Shown here in pieces: positions 1 through 10,672 of a stretch of DNA of 64,000 bases (position 1 is its first letter; each line of letters starts with the position of its first letter). The notes under the pieces were generated by a model that did no database searches, was not told where the DNA came from, and was given only the letters and a program-made list of their open reading frames with translations. The stretch spans positions 6,459 through 70,458 of the forward strand of contig JAVVWU010000002.1 in NCBI GenBank assembly GCA_036651955.1, in the 5' to 3' direction. The position numbers and the translations under genes were made by a program. Source of the DNA: Kiritimatiellia bacterium (GTDB lineage Bacteria; Verrucomicrobiota; Kiritimatiellia; RFP12; DVOR01).

Positions 1-1
1 C

Positions 2-967
2 ACGAAAGTTGTTTTGTCCGGTACGCCGATTGAAAATGGCGTGGCAGATTTATGGTCGATTATGGATTTCTTGATGCCGAAATATTTGGGAAGCTATGAG
101 GACTTTAAGATTCGCTATGAAGAGCGTGTTGCACTTGGAGGCGCCGATGCCGAAGAAGCACAAAGTCGTTTGCGCGAGAAATTGCATCCATTCTTATTAC
201 GTCGCGTGAAGAAGGAAGTCGCGAAAGATTTGCCGGATAAGATTCGCTCCATTACCTATTGTAAACTCACTTCTGATCAGCGTCGTGTATATGATGAATT
301 GCGCTCGGCGATGCTCGAAAAAATGCGCGGGTTGGTGAAAGCAAAAGGATTTGAGAAGTCGAAATTTGAAATGCTCGCATTACTGATGCGCTTACGTCAG
401 GTCTGTTGTGATTTAAGATTGTTAAAAACGCGTGTGGCGCGTCCCAATGAAGAAAGTTCCGCTAAACTGGATGCGCTTATGGAGCTTCTGGCGGAGGCGC
501 ATGCCGAACATCATCGGTTGCTCATTTTCTCGCAGTTTACAACGATGCTTCATCTGATTGCGGAACGATTGGAAGCGGAAGGGTTGACCTACTGTTATCT
601 TGATGGCGCAACCAAGGATCGGCTCGGGCAATGTTCTTTATTTAATCAAACGCCCTCTATCCCCGTGTTCTTGATTTCGTTAAAGGCAGGTGGTACAGGA
701 TTAAACTTGACCGGCGCAGATATGGTGGTGCATTTTGATCCTTGGTGGAATCCTTCCGCTGAAGAACAGGCAACAGATCGTGCACATCGTATCGGGCAGA
801 AGAAAACAGTCCATGCCATTAAATTGATTGCGGAAGACACCGTCGAGGAAAAGGTTTTGGAAATGCAACAGCGGAAACAGGCGTTAATCGAAGCTACAGT
901 AAATGCTTCGGATGCTTCTATCGCTCAAACGTTGACGTGGACGGAAATAGAAGGACTTCTTTCATGA
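2..967 (+). CDS. SNF2-family helicase, C-terminal helicase_C part. The gene starts upstream of the window.
   Basis: Frame is open from base 2. Motifs LSGTPIENG and the DPWWNP/QATDRAHRIGQ helicase-C block are present. Confidence 0.85.
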   Translation, partial: TKVVLSGTPIENGVADLWSIMDFLMPKYLGSYEDFKIRYEERVALGGADAEEAQSRLREKLHPFLLRRVKKEVAKDLPDKIRSITYCKLTSDQRRVYDELRSAMLEKMRGLVKAKGFEKSKFEMLALLMRLRQVCCDLRLLKTRVARPNEESSAKLDALMELLAEAHAEHHRLLIFSQFTTMLHLIAERLEAEGLTYCYLDGATKDRLGQCSLFNQTPSIPVFLISLKAGGTGLNLTGADMVVHFDPWWNPSAEEQATDRAHRIGQKKTVHAIKLIAEDTVEEKVLEMQQRKQALIEATVNASDASIAQTLTWTEIEGLLS

Positions 968-1668
968 GTGAACTTCCTGAAGCTTTGACACGTGTCGTTG
1001 CGTTGGTCGGGACGGAGGCGGTACAACGCCTTCGCGAGAAAAAAGTAGTGGTGATCGGGATTGGTGCGGTGGGCGGCGCCTGTGCCGAAGCGTTGGCACG
1101 GAGTGGTATTGGCACCCTTCACGTGATTGATGGAGATGTGTTTGAACGGTCTAATCTGAATCGGCAACCTTTTTCCGCAGTTTCTGTAATCGGTCATTCC
1201 AAAGCTGAAGCCACCGTTGTACGTCTGCGTGATATCGCACCCGACTGTAACGTTTCAGGTGAAACGTTACGAGTCGAATCTTGTCATGCCGAAACAATCC
1301 TCGCACGTCTTGCTCCGGATGCGGTGGTGGATGCGATTGACGATGTGGACGCAAAAGTTGCTTTGTTAACAGCCGCGGTTCGATTGGGGATTCCTGTTTG
1401 GAGTGCGATGGGAGCCGCACGAAAGCTGGATCCGCGCTCTCTGCGCGTAGCGGATATCGCCCAAACACAAGTTTGCCCTTTAGCTAAAGCGGTTCGCAAG
1501 GGGCTTCGTGAACAGGGCATTACGTCCGGTGTTCGTTCTGTCTTTTCCGTGGAAATACCGTTGCCGATGGAGAAGGGCGAATCTTTAGGGTCCTATATGC
1601 CGGTGACCGCGTGTGCAGGATTCTTCCTCGCTGCTGATCTTCTCCAGCGGCTGTTTGACAATAGATAG
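964..1668 (+). CDS. ThiF/MoeB/HesA-family adenylyltransferase-like protein (TcdA-like)
   Basis: VIGIGAVGG ... DGDVFERSNLNRQ Rossmann motif. The ATG overlaps the upstream stop (ATGA coupling). Confidence 0.7.
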   Translation: MSELPEALTRVVALVGTEAVQRLREKKVVVIGIGAVGGACAEALARSGIGTLHVIDGDVFERSNLNRQPFSAVSVIGHSKAEATVVRLRDIAPDCNVSGETLRVESCHAETILARLAPDAVVDAIDDVDAKVALLTAAVRLGIPVWSAMGAARKLDPRSLRVADIAQTQVCPLAKAVRKGLREQGITSGVRSVFSVEIPLPMEKGESLGSYMPVTACAGFFLAADLLQRLFDNR

Positions 1669-1710
1669 GGGATAAGATATAGTGCATACGTTTTCTATTA
1701 AGAAGTAGAG

Positions 1711-1736
1711 GCGTGGGCAGTGCCCGCGCTTTTTTG
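1711..1736 (+). terminator. Rho-independent terminator (GC hairpin plus T6) ahead of nusA
   Basis: gcgtgggcagtgcccgcgc followed by tttttt. Confidence 0.55.
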
Positions 1737-1760
1737 TTAGACGAAGAAGGAGACAGTGCG

Positions 1761-3035
1761 ATGGCGACAAATGCAGAGTTTGCGGCGGTGATCGGTTACC
1801 TTGAACGTGAGCGTGGGGTGGATCGTGAAACTATTTTGCAGGCCATCGAAAACTCGGTGGAGCAGGCTGCGCGTAAAAACACACGGACTTCGGCAGACTT
1901 TACGGTGAAGGTTGACCGTAAGACGCTTGAAATCAAGGCGTGGGATCTTTATGCCGTCTCGGATACAGAATCGGGTTTCGGTATTTTAACGGTTGAACAG
2001 GCACGTCGTTTTAATCCTACCGTGAATGATGGTGATACGGTGAAGGTGCCGTTCCCGGCGGAAAAGTTGGGTCGTATTGCGGCGCAGACGGCGAAGCAGA
2101 CGATTATGCAGAAGATTCGCGAGGCTGAGCGCAACAATGTTTACAACGAGTACAAGGATCGTATCGGCGATATTGTCACCGGAACGGTGAAGTTGATTGC
2201 TCGTAAAGATGTTTTCGTGGAGTTGGGTAAAACTGAGGCGTTGCTTCCGTTCAAGGAGCGTATTCCTTCTGAAGAGTACAACACGGGTGACGTGATGCGT
2301 GCGTATGTTTTGCGTGTGCAGAATGAATCTTCTGGTCCTGCGATTACGCTTTCACGTGCGTGCCCTGATTTTGTGAAGGCGCTGTTCCGCCTTGAAGTCG
2401 CAGAGATTGCTGATGGCGTGGTGGAAATTATGGGCGTGGCGCGTGATCCAGGATATCGTTCCAAACTGGCGGTACGTACCTTAGACCCTGCGGTTGATCC
2501 TGTCGGAGCGTGTGTGGGAATGCGTGGCGCACGTGTTCGTAACATTGTCCGTGAACTGAATGGCGAAAAGTTGGATATTGTTCGTTTCAGTGACAACATT
2601 GAAGAGTTTGTTCGTGCGGCATTGCAACCAGCGGAACCGACAACGTTGCAGATTGATGATGATAGCCATACGGTGTTTGCAACGGTACCAGAAGACAAGC
2701 TGTCGTTGGCGATTGGTCGCGGTGGACAGAATGTCCGCTTGGCAACGAAGCTGACGGGGTGGAAGATTGCCATCACGAAGGATGAAGTGGAAGTGGGCGA
2801 AGATGTCGAAAGCACCTTTGAAAGCAAGCGCGATCAGATGGTTCATAAGCTCGCGAAGGACTTAGGAGTCACCACGGTTGTTTCTGAACGATTGGTGGAT
2901 TGCGGATTCCATTCGATTGAAGGCGTTCTTTTCTCTGAACCGGCTTATTTCCAAACGCAGACGGGCTTAGATGAAGCCACCGTTAAAGATATTTACGAAC
3001 ACGCGCAGGCGATTGCCGACGCCAAGGGAGAGTAA
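1761..3035 (+). CDS. nusA: Transcription termination/antitermination factor NusA
   Basis: N-terminal domain, S1, two KH domains and a C-terminal acidic repeat. AAGGAG RBS ahead of the ATG at 1761. Confidence 0.93.
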   Translation: MATNAEFAAVIGYLERERGVDRETILQAIENSVEQAARKNTRTSADFTVKVDRKTLEIKAWDLYAVSDTESGFGILTVEQARRFNPTVNDGDTVKVPFPAEKLGRIAAQTAKQTIMQKIREAERNNVYNEYKDRIGDIVTGTVKLIARKDVFVELGKTEALLPFKERIPSEEYNTGDVMRAYVLRVQNESSGPAITLSRACPDFVKALFRLEVAEIADGVVEIMGVARDPGYRSKLAVRTLDPAVDPVGACVGMRGARVRNIVRELNGEKLDIVRFSDNIEEFVRAALQPAEPTTLQIDDDSHTVFATVPEDKLSLAIGRGGQNVRLATKLTGWKIAITKDEVEVGEDVESTFESKRDQMVHKLAKDLGVTTVVSERLVDCGFHSIEGVLFSEPAYFQTQTGLDEATVKDIYEHAQAIADAKGE

Positions 3036-3038
3036 CGC

Positions 3039-5693
3039 ATGAGAGTATCCGAATTTGCCAAGAGCCTTAAACTTCCTGCCGGTATCGTGTTGGGAAAAGC
3101 CAAGGCGATGGGTTGCGAGGTCACCTCAACGCTCTCCTCATTGGAGCCTGCCGAAGTGACAGAGCTTAAGAATTATTTTGCGAAGTTAGATCTGGCTACG
3201 CGCACGCAAATGCTCGCTGATTATGAGGCGGCGCATGCCGCACGTAAGGCCAAGGGCGAAACTGCGCGTACAGAAGAAGCGAAGAAAAACCGCGAAGCGG
3301 TTGATGCTGCTCACCGCCATGCGCTTGCTGCACAAGCGCATAAGGGAGAGAATGCGCTTGTCCCAGAGAGCGAACCGGTGAAGGACGCAACAACGTCTCT
3401 TACTCCTGCGGTAGAACTCGCGAAAGATTCTGAACCAGCGCCTGCTGTAAAGGTTGAACCAGCGGCGAAAAAAGTCCCCACCGAAGTTGAAATTGCGTTG
3501 GCTTCTGGACCTGCGATGCCGAGCGTCTCGGTGACGCTTTCGGATGGTGGTTCGGTTGAAGATGTGATTCCCGATTCGGGTGCGGCGGATGCCGATTTAC
3601 AACCGAAGCCAGTCACAGCTCCGAAGCGTCCTGTCGTCGAAGATGATGATGACCCGGTGGCGGGAATTTTGGTGCATGGTGCACGTGAAAAAACGCATTT
3701 GCCTTTGAAACCTCATGTTGGGGCGCGTGTCGATAATACGCGTGGCGGTGCGGCGCGTTCTCAGCGGAATGATCGCCAGAATGATCGTCGTGGAACGCAG
3801 ACAAATCGTTTCGGTAAAAAGCCGGGTGGTGTACCTTCTCGCGTAGCGCTTACAGGTACAACTGCCGCGCACGCTTCGGTCAATGGAAAAGTGTTGCAAT
3901 TGCGTGCGCCTGTCACGGTGAAGGAGCTTGCAGAATTGCTCGGAATGCGTCCGAATATGTTGATTGCCGATTTGATGCGGTTGAACGTTTTAGCCTCTAT
4001 CAATCAGCACCTTGAATTGGAAGTGACGCAGAAGATTGCTTCTAAATATGGATTTACGGTAGAGATGGAGGAACGCAGTAAGCGTTCCAGTGAACGTAAG
4101 CCTGTTCTTAAGGGAAGTGATGCGGATGATGATATTCCTGAAGATCTTCCTGAAGCAATGAAATTGCGCCCACCGGTGGTGACATTCTTGGGACACGTTG
4201 ACCATGGTAAAACGACGCTGATGGATTATATCCGCAGTGCGCACGTGGCGAATGGTGAGGCGGGTGGAATTACGCAGCATATTGCCGCTTATACGATTGC
4301 TGTACCGCACAAGGATGAAGAGGGGAACGATCGCCTCATTACGTTTATTGATACGCCCGGTCACGCGGCGTTTTCTGCGATGCGTGAGCGTGGCGCCAAT
4401 ATCACGGACATTGCCGTGATTATCGTGGCGGCGGATGACGGTGTTATGCCTCAGACGAAGGAAGCGATTAAGCATGCGCGATTGGCGGGTGTGCAGATGC
4501 TTGTGGCGATTACTAAATGCGATAAGCCTGATGCGCGCCCCGATCGTGTGCGTCAGATGTTGCAGGGCGAAGGGCTCACGCCGGAAGAGTGGGGCGGTGA
4601 TACGGTTTGTTGCGAAGTGTCCGGTCAAACGGGCGCAGGCGTTGAAAACCTGTTGGATATGATTTTGTTGCAGGCTGATGTTCTTGAACTTCAAGCGAAT
4701 CCGAATCGTCGTGCCAATGGTGCGGTAATTGAGTCGCAGTTGGAACAGGGACTTGGACCGACCGCAACGCTCTTGATTCAAGGTGGATCGTTGCACGTTG
4801 GCGACATTGTGCTTTGCGATGAATATTATGGAAAGGTTCGTGCCTTGATTGATGAACGCGGGCAACGTGTTCAGGTGGCAGGACCTTCAATCGCGGTGAA
4901 GTGTACCGGACTTTCGGGCGTACCAGATGCCGGATCGACATTCCGTGTGATGCTCAATGAGAAGCGTGCGCGTGAACTCGCGGAGCGTTCGGCGGAAGAG
5001 AATAAGATGCAGTCTCTTTCTGCCGCACAGACGGCGACGATGGCAGATTGGACCTCACGTTTGGGCGTTGATGGCATGGTGGAGCTGGGCATTATTCTTA
5101 AAGCCGATACGCAAGGGACAGCCGAAGCGGTGGAAGCTTCGCTGCGCGCAATTTTATCGAAGAAGGTCACACTCAAGATTCTTTATGTCGGTGTCGGATC
5201 AATTGCTGCCGCTGATGTACAGCGTGCCGGCGGTGATGGTGGAGCGGTCATCATTGGATTTAATGTGAGTTGCGAACCGGGTGTGCAGACGGTGGCACGT
5301 CAAAATGGCGTGCGCATTAACACATTCCGCATCATCTACGAATTGCTCGAACACGTCAAGCGCTGTATGCTTGATTTGATTGCTCCTGAATTTAAGGAAG
5401 TCGTTCGTGGTCATGCGGAGATTCGGCAAGTCTTTGATATTAGTAAGCTCGGTATGATTGCCGGCTGCCAGATGATTGACGGACTTTTCCGTTTCAAGAA
5501 TAAATACCGTATCTTCCGAGGCAAAACGATTGTCTTTGACGGTAAACTTCACACGATGAAGCACTTTAAGGATGATGTCACTGAAGTAACGGGTGCGCAG
5601 GAATGCGGTCTCGGCTTCGGTTCATATGAAGCGTTCCAGGAGGGTGACCTCATCGAATGCTACGAGATGGAAGAGTTGCCCAAGACGCTGTAA
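3039..5693 (+). CDS. infB: Translation initiation factor IF-2
   Basis: GHVDHGKTTL G-domain, IF-2 domains II to IV, and a long low-complexity N-terminal region. Confidence 0.95.
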   Translation: MRVSEFAKSLKLPAGIVLGKAKAMGCEVTSTLSSLEPAEVTELKNYFAKLDLATRTQMLADYEAAHAARKAKGETARTEEAKKNREAVDAAHRHALAAQAHKGENALVPESEPVKDATTSLTPAVELAKDSEPAPAVKVEPAAKKVPTEVEIALASGPAMPSVSVTLSDGGSVEDVIPDSGAADADLQPKPVTAPKRPVVEDDDDPVAGILVHGAREKTHLPLKPHVGARVDNTRGGAARSQRNDRQNDRRGTQTNRFGKKPGGVPSRVALTGTTAAHASVNGKVLQLRAPVTVKELAELLGMRPNMLIADLMRLNVLASINQHLELEVTQKIASKYGFTVEMEERSKRSSERKPVLKGSDADDDIPEDLPEAMKLRPPVVTFLGHVDHGKTTLMDYIRSAHVANGEAGGITQHIAAYTIAVPHKDEEGNDRLITFIDTPGHAAFSAMRERGANITDIAVIIVAADDGVMPQTKEAIKHARLAGVQMLVAITKCDKPDARPDRVRQMLQGEGLTPEEWGGDTVCCEVSGQTGAGVENLLDMILLQADVLELQANPNRRANGAVIESQLEQGLGPTATLLIQGGSLHVGDIVLCDEYYGKVRALIDERGQRVQVAGPSIAVKCTGLSGVPDAGSTFRVMLNEKRARELAERSAEENKMQSLSAAQTATMADWTSRLGVDGMVELGIILKADTQGTAEAVEASLRAILSKKVTLKILYVGVGSIAAADVQRAGGDGGAVIIGFNVSCEPGVQTVARQNGVRINTFRIIYELLEHVKRCMLDLIAPEFKEVVRGHAEIRQVFDISKLGMIAGCQMIDGLFRFKNKYRIFRGKTIVFDGKLHTMKHFKDDVTEVTGAQECGLGFGSYEAFQEGDLIECYEMEELPKTL

Positions 5694-5702
5694 GGAGTTC
5701 CC

Positions 5703-6089
5703 ATGCCACCTGTCAATCGTCTTGACCGTATCAATGCACTGCTTCTGCGCGAAATCGCTGAGGATCTCTATCGTGTGCTCGGAAACGAACCGGAAATTGA
5801 TATTGCCGGACTTACGGTGACCCGCGTGGATTGCGCCCCTAATCTGCGAAATGCAGATGTATGGGTCTCAATTATGGATGCCGAAAAGCATCCCACGTGG
5901 CTTCGTCATCTCTCGCACGTTTCAAAAGAACTGCAAACGTTAATCAATCGTAATCTTGACTTACGCTATACCCCTCATCTTCGCTTTCGGCTGGATGTGG
6001 GGATTGCCAAAGGCGATCGCGTGTTGGATCTCTTAAATCGCTTGGACTATGACGCTTCCCAAAAGGATGCGGATAACGCCGAAGTTTAA
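5703..6089 (+). CDS. rbfA: Ribosome-binding factor A
   Basis: RbfA-sized, conserved position after infB, AAGGAG RBS. Confidence 0.88.
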   Translation: MPPVNRLDRINALLLREIAEDLYRVLGNEPEIDIAGLTVTRVDCAPNLRNADVWVSIMDAEKHPTWLRHLSHVSKELQTLINRNLDLRYTPHLRFRLDVGIAKGDRVLDLLNRLDYDASQKDADNAEV

Positions 6090-6152
6090 GCTATCGCTCT
6101 ACCTCTGCGCGTGAGGCGCAGCCTTGATGCGTGATGAAGGGTATCCGCTCCT

Positions 6153-6887
6153 ATGATCGAAGTTTCACCTGATCCCGATGGGATTTTGCCCGTGGATAAA
6201 CCGGTCGGCATGGTGTCTCATGTCGTGGTTGCGACGTTACGCAGAAAATTTGGCTTTCTAAAAGTAGGACATGGCGGTACATTGGATCCCGATGCTTCTG
6301 GACTACTGTTGATTCTGCTTGGCAAGGGAACGAAGATTTCCGACCGCGTCATGGGTGGCGATAAAAAGTATATCGGCACCATTCGTTTCGGTGCGGCGAC
6401 AACGACACAAGATCGTCTCGGAGAAATTACGGAATCTCATTCGACTGAAGGGCTGACGGAGGCGGCGGTAACCGAAGCGATGAAAGCGTTTACCGGTGAT
6501 GTGTTTCAAACGCCTCCGATGTATTCGGCTGTTAAAATAGATGGTCAACCGCTTTATAAAATGGCGGTTCGTGGGGAAGAGTGTGAACGTGAACAGCGCT
6601 TTATTCATGTCTATTCTTTTCGTGTAACGGCGTTTCGCCCTTCGGCAGAACGTGCGGAGGCAGATTTTGAAGTGCGTAGTACCAAAGGTACATATGTACG
6701 AACGTTGGCGCACGATTTAGGGCAGGCATTAGGCGTAAGTGCGCATTTGTGTGCGTTGAGAAGAGTTCAATCGGGGATTGTCAATATTGAACGCGCTACG
6801 CCTTTTGCGGAACTTCTTGAAATGTCGCGCGCCGACCTTGTGGCGCGGACGATTCCTTGTGCTCAGTATCTTTCTGGAAAGTTGTGA
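6153..6887 (+). CDS. truB: tRNA pseudouridine-55 synthase TruB
   Basis: LPVDKP.G..SH, GHGGTLDP motifs. Confidence 0.9.
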   Translation: MIEVSPDPDGILPVDKPVGMVSHVVVATLRRKFGFLKVGHGGTLDPDASGLLLILLGKGTKISDRVMGGDKKYIGTIRFGAATTTQDRLGEITESHSTEGLTEAAVTEAMKAFTGDVFQTPPMYSAVKIDGQPLYKMAVRGEECEREQRFIHVYSFRVTAFRPSAERAEADFEVRSTKGTYVRTLAHDLGQALGVSAHLCALRRVQSGIVNIERATPFAELLEMSRADLVARTIPCAQYLSGKL

Positions 6888-7813
6888 AGGCTCGTTTTGT
6901 CCATTGCATTGAAGAAATTCCCTCCGATGCTGTACTTGCCATCGGGACGTTTGACGGAGTGCATACGGGACATCGCCTCATTCTCAATGCCGCGCTTGAT
7001 TTTGCTCGCCGAACAGGACGTGATGCGTGGGTGCTGACCTTTCATCAACATCCACTTTCTATTCTTGCACCGGAGCGTGCGCCACGTTCGATTTGTTCGC
7101 AGGAAGAGACGCTTGAGCAGTTGTTAGCGATGGGCTTCGTCAATCTTGCAACGGTTGATTTTACGCTTGAGCTTGCGGCAATTTCGCCTGAACAGTTCGC
7201 CGATTGTTTCCAACATGCCGTTCTTTTTTGCGGAGAGGATTGGCGGTTTGGTAAATGTGCGCAAGGGTCACCCGAATTGTTACGGGCGCATGGTGTGGAT
7301 GTGCGCGTTCAACCGTATGCGGAATACGCCGGTGTACGCGTGAGTAGTTCACGCATTCGTGATGCAATTACCGCAGGAATGTTTTCAGATGTTGCGGCAA
7401 TGCTTAGGCGTCCATGGAGATATCAAGGAACCGTGGTTCATGGGCGTGGCCTTGCGCGAAAGATGTTTGGCGTGCCAACAGCAAATGTTCTTTTTGACAC
7501 GACACGCGTTGCTCCTGCGCGAGGTGTCTATCGGGCGAAGGTTTCGGTGGAGCGGATTGGAACGTTGGACGCGTTAGTGAATTTTGGTATTGCGCCGAGT
7601 ATTAAAGGAGAGGCTTCGCCACTTTTAGAGGCGCATCTTTTAGCGTATGAGGGTGATCTTTATCAGAAGCAACTCTCTTTTTCGTTCGAGCATGATCTTC
7701 TTCGTCCCGAGCGAACGTTTAGTTCCGTGGAGATGCTTAAAGCGCAGATTTTGTCCGATTTAGCAAACGTGCAGGGCGGTTACAATGAGCACTTTCTTGA
7801 GGAGATCAAATGA
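6857..7813 (+). CDS. ribF: Bifunctional riboflavin kinase / FMN adenylyltransferase. A GTG start at 6884 overlapping the truB stop is more likely than the TTG at 6857.
   Basis: GTFDGVHTGH motif. C-terminal riboflavin kinase domain. Confidence 0.85.
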   Translation: MCSVSFWKVVKARFVHCIEEIPSDAVLAIGTFDGVHTGHRLILNAALDFARRTGRDAWVLTFHQHPLSILAPERAPRSICSQEETLEQLLAMGFVNLATVDFTLELAAISPEQFADCFQHAVLFCGEDWRFGKCAQGSPELLRAHGVDVRVQPYAEYAGVRVSSSRIRDAITAGMFSDVAAMLRRPWRYQGTVVHGRGLARKMFGVPTANVLFDTTRVAPARGVYRAKVSVERIGTLDALVNFGIAPSIKGEASPLLEAHLLAYEGDLYQKQLSFSFEHDLLRPERTFSSVEMLKAQILSDLANVQGGYNEHFLEEIK

Positions 7814-8616
7814 AAACAATTCCGACCGATTTTAATTCACCCATTGAGAAGTTGCGTTGGGTGTTGAAAGCGTTGCGTGCTCCCGATGGATGTCCGTGGG
7901 ATCGCGAACAAACACTTGCCTCTATTCAGCCTTGTTTGCAAGAGGAATGCTATGAGTTGCTTTCGGCAATGGTGGGAGAAGATCTTGAGAATCATCGGGA
8001 AGAATTAGGCGATGTGCTGTTACAAGTACTCTTCCAAAGCGATATCCGCGAAGACGCGGGGCAGTTTTGTTTTGATGACGTTGTCAAAACGTTGACGGAG
8101 AAGCTGATTCGTCGTCACCCTCACGTGTTTGGCGATGGCAAGGCTGCCGATACGGATGCGGTGCTTCGGAATTGGGAACGGATTAAGCAGACGGAACATA
8201 CCACGCCGAAGACTTCAGCGTTGGAGGGTGTACCGGCGGCGCTCCCCGCATTATTGAAAGCGCAACGCGTGCAACATAAGGCGGCGAAGGTGGGATTTGA
8301 CTGGAAAGATGCCGAAGGGCCTTTGGCGAAACTGGATGAAGAAATCGCAGAGTTGCGCACGGCAATCAAAGACGGAGATGCCGAGGCGATTGCGGATGAG
8401 TTTGGTGATGTCCTCTTTTCGTTTGTCAATGTAGCGCGTCACCTTCAAATTGATGCTGAAAGTACGTTGAGAGTGGCTACGGAAAAGTTTTCAAAACGCT
8501 TCCGCGCAGTTGAAGCAAAGGTGAAAAGTTCGGGACGCATGATGACGGCTTTATCTTTACCCGAATTGGATCGCGTGTGGGATGAAGTCAAGCAGGAACA
8601 GAATACTTTGCGTTGA
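7810..8616 (+). CDS. mazG: Nucleoside triphosphate pyrophosphohydrolase MazG
   Basis: Tandem MazG EEXXE..D motifs. ATGA overlap with ribF. Confidence 0.85.
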   Translation: MKTIPTDFNSPIEKLRWVLKALRAPDGCPWDREQTLASIQPCLQEECYELLSAMVGEDLENHREELGDVLLQVLFQSDIREDAGQFCFDDVVKTLTEKLIRRHPHVFGDGKAADTDAVLRNWERIKQTEHTTPKTSALEGVPAALPALLKAQRVQHKAAKVGFDWKDAEGPLAKLDEEIAELRTAIKDGDAEAIADEFGDVLFSFVNVARHLQIDAESTLRVATEKFSKRFRAVEAKVKSSGRMMTALSLPELDRVWDEVKQEQNTLR

Positions 8617-8641
8617 ACGTGGCGAAGAGAGGCGAATCCAT

Positions 8642-9538
8642 ATGGAGCAAGGCACAATTAAGAAACAGAATGAATCGGTAACGGTGCCCTTGTGTACGTC
8701 CTTTGTCGGATTGGATAGTGATGGTTGTGTCGTTGATACGATGGCTGCGAAACAACATGGATTTCTTCAACCGATGTTGGTGAAAAGCTTCGGACTCGAA
8801 GCGATGGCGGATGTTTATTGTGCGTGCGCAGATTTCGTTAATCTCTATTCGGTCACGCGTGGCATTACGCGGTTTAAGTCGATGCTCTTGAACTTTGAAT
8901 GTTTCAATCGTCATCCTGCTGTCATTGCGGCGGATTTTCCTCGGCTTCCGACGGAAGCTTTGCGCGCATTTACGGAGAGTGGACTTCCGATGGGTGATGC
9001 GGCACTTGTGCAATGGCTTGAGACGCACCGTTCGTCATCACTTGAGAAGCTGTTGGAATGGAGCCGTGCGGTCAACCGTGCCATTTTAGACTCGGGTGTA
9101 ACGTTCCCTGCTTATGAAGGCGCACGAGAAGCATTAAAACGGATGTGGAAACGCAGTGATACGGGCGTTGTCTCGCAATCGCCCGAACGTGTGTTGGAGC
9201 AAGATTGGGGATCGCAGCAATTATTACCTTACGTTGGGCAGATTGCGGGGCAGGAGTTAGGCGATAAGGTTCACCAATTAACCGTATTGACCGAGGGAAA
9301 GTATTTGCGTGAACGCGTATTGATGATTGGTGATGCGCCCGGAGATTTGGCAGCGGCGAAGGCGTTTGGTTGTCGTTTCTATCCGATTCTTCCCGGACGT
9401 GAAGAGGCGTCGTGGGCGCGATTCAATGAAACCATTTATGATGCTTTTTATGAAGAACGTTATACGTATGAACAGGAGGCAATTTGCGTTGCCGAGTTTG
9501 AGCGCGTTCTTCCCTCTGTTCCACCATGGGAACAGTGA
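8642..9538 (+). CDS. HAD-superfamily hydrolase
   Basis: Motif I VGLDSDGCVVDT and motif IV MIGDAPGD. Start taken at the ATG with RBS after the mazG stop. Confidence 0.6.
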   Translation: MEQGTIKKQNESVTVPLCTSFVGLDSDGCVVDTMAAKQHGFLQPMLVKSFGLEAMADVYCACADFVNLYSVTRGITRFKSMLLNFECFNRHPAVIAADFPRLPTEALRAFTESGLPMGDAALVQWLETHRSSSLEKLLEWSRAVNRAILDSGVTFPAYEGAREALKRMWKRSDTGVVSQSPERVLEQDWGSQQLLPYVGQIAGQELGDKVHQLTVLTEGKYLRERVLMIGDAPGDLAAAKAFGCRFYPILPGREEASWARFNETIYDAFYEERYTYEQEAICVAEFERVLPSVPPWEQ

Positions 9539-9602
9539 AATGAGCAGCGTGCAGAAAATAGAAGTGTGCGAACTTCCGATGCTATGAATGAGAGGTGTGG
9601 CG

Positions 9603-10658
9603 ATGTCTTTATTGGCTCAAAAACCGGCGTATAATTTTTGCGCAGGACCTTCTATGATTGCTCCTTCAATCTTGGAGGCGGTACGGGCGGATTTAACCGA
9701 TTGGGATGGACTTGGACGAACGGTGTTGGAACTATCACACCGCACGCCGGACTATGCCGAACTCCATGCACATGTGATTGCCAACCTTCATCAGCTCTTA
9801 GGTGTAGGAGATGAGGTGACGATTTTATTGCTTCAAGGCGGAGCCTCGGGGCAGTTCGCAATGTTGCCGTATAACTTTTTACGAGAAGGTGCGGCGGCAG
9901 ATTATCTCGTGCGTGGTTATTGGGGTGAACGTGCCTCACAGCAGGCCGCTCGCGTAGGATGTGTGCGGACGCTTTCGCAACCTGAGGGATGGAATGCCGA
10001 TGCCGTGTATGCTCACGTGACAACGAATGAAACGATTGCCGGAACGTGTCTCCCCGAAGCCGCCTTTGTTCCTCCCATGCCTCTTTGCGCAGATATGTCG
10101 TCGGATATTTTATCGAGACCGCGCGACTACTCGCGTTATGCACTCTTCTATGCGGGCGCACAAAAGAATTTAGGTGTTGCCGGATTAGCAGTCGTTGTCG
10201 CGCAAAAGGAATTTCTTTCCAATGCTCGTCGCAATCTTCCTGCAGCATTTTGTTATCTTGAACATGCGAAAGCGGCAGGACTGTATCACACGCCGAATGT
10301 GTTTGCGGTGGATGTCCTTTCACACGTCACCGATGCGCTTCTGACCGAAGGGCTTCCGAACGTTTTTGCTCGCAATGCGCGAAAGGCAAAGAAGCTGTAT
10401 GATGAACTTGATCGTTCAGACTTTTGGCGTCCACTCGCACCCGTTGCGGAGCGTTCGATAACCAATGTTACCTTCCGTTTGCCGACGGTTGAACTCGAAG
10501 ATCAATTTTTGCAAGGCGCAGAAGCCGAAAGCCTTTTTGCCTTGCGTGGACATCGTGCGCTTGGGGGCATTCGTGCGTCCCTCTATAATGCTTTCCCTGA
10601 AGAAGGGGTAGACGCATTGATTACATTCATGAGACAATTCGAAAAGAGTAATGGATAA
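9603..10658 (+). CDS. serC: Phosphoserine aminotransferase
   Basis: Class-V aminotransferase (SerC) architecture. GAGAGGTG RBS. Confidence 0.88.
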   Translation: MSLLAQKPAYNFCAGPSMIAPSILEAVRADLTDWDGLGRTVLELSHRTPDYAELHAHVIANLHQLLGVGDEVTILLLQGGASGQFAMLPYNFLREGAAADYLVRGYWGERASQQAARVGCVRTLSQPEGWNADAVYAHVTTNETIAGTCLPEAAFVPPMPLCADMSSDILSRPRDYSRYALFYAGAQKNLGVAGLAVVVAQKEFLSNARRNLPAAFCYLEHAKAAGLYHTPNVFAVDVLSHVTDALLTEGLPNVFARNARKAKKLYDELDRSDFWRPLAPVAERSITNVTFRLPTVELEDQFLQGAEAESLFALRGHRALGGIRASLYNAFPEEGVDALITFMRQFEKSNG

Positions 10659-10672
10659 TCAAGGAGTATTTT

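Noticed and set aside
14-967. A functional link between the partial SNF2 helicase at the window start and the SWIM zinc-finger gene at 50655-51428.
   Set aside because: SNF2 and SWIM genes are often adjacent in bacteria. Here they are about 50 kb apart on opposite strands, so the window gives no evidence of linkage.
3990-4865. A 291-aa ORF antisense to infB, with similar long antisense ORFs at 2141-2827 (nusA), 9652-10323 (serC), 25075-25629 (dnaE) and 60741-61355 (murA).
   Set aside because: These are shadow ORFs opposite strongly conserved genes. They show no RBS or domain signal and their composition is driven by the sense strand.
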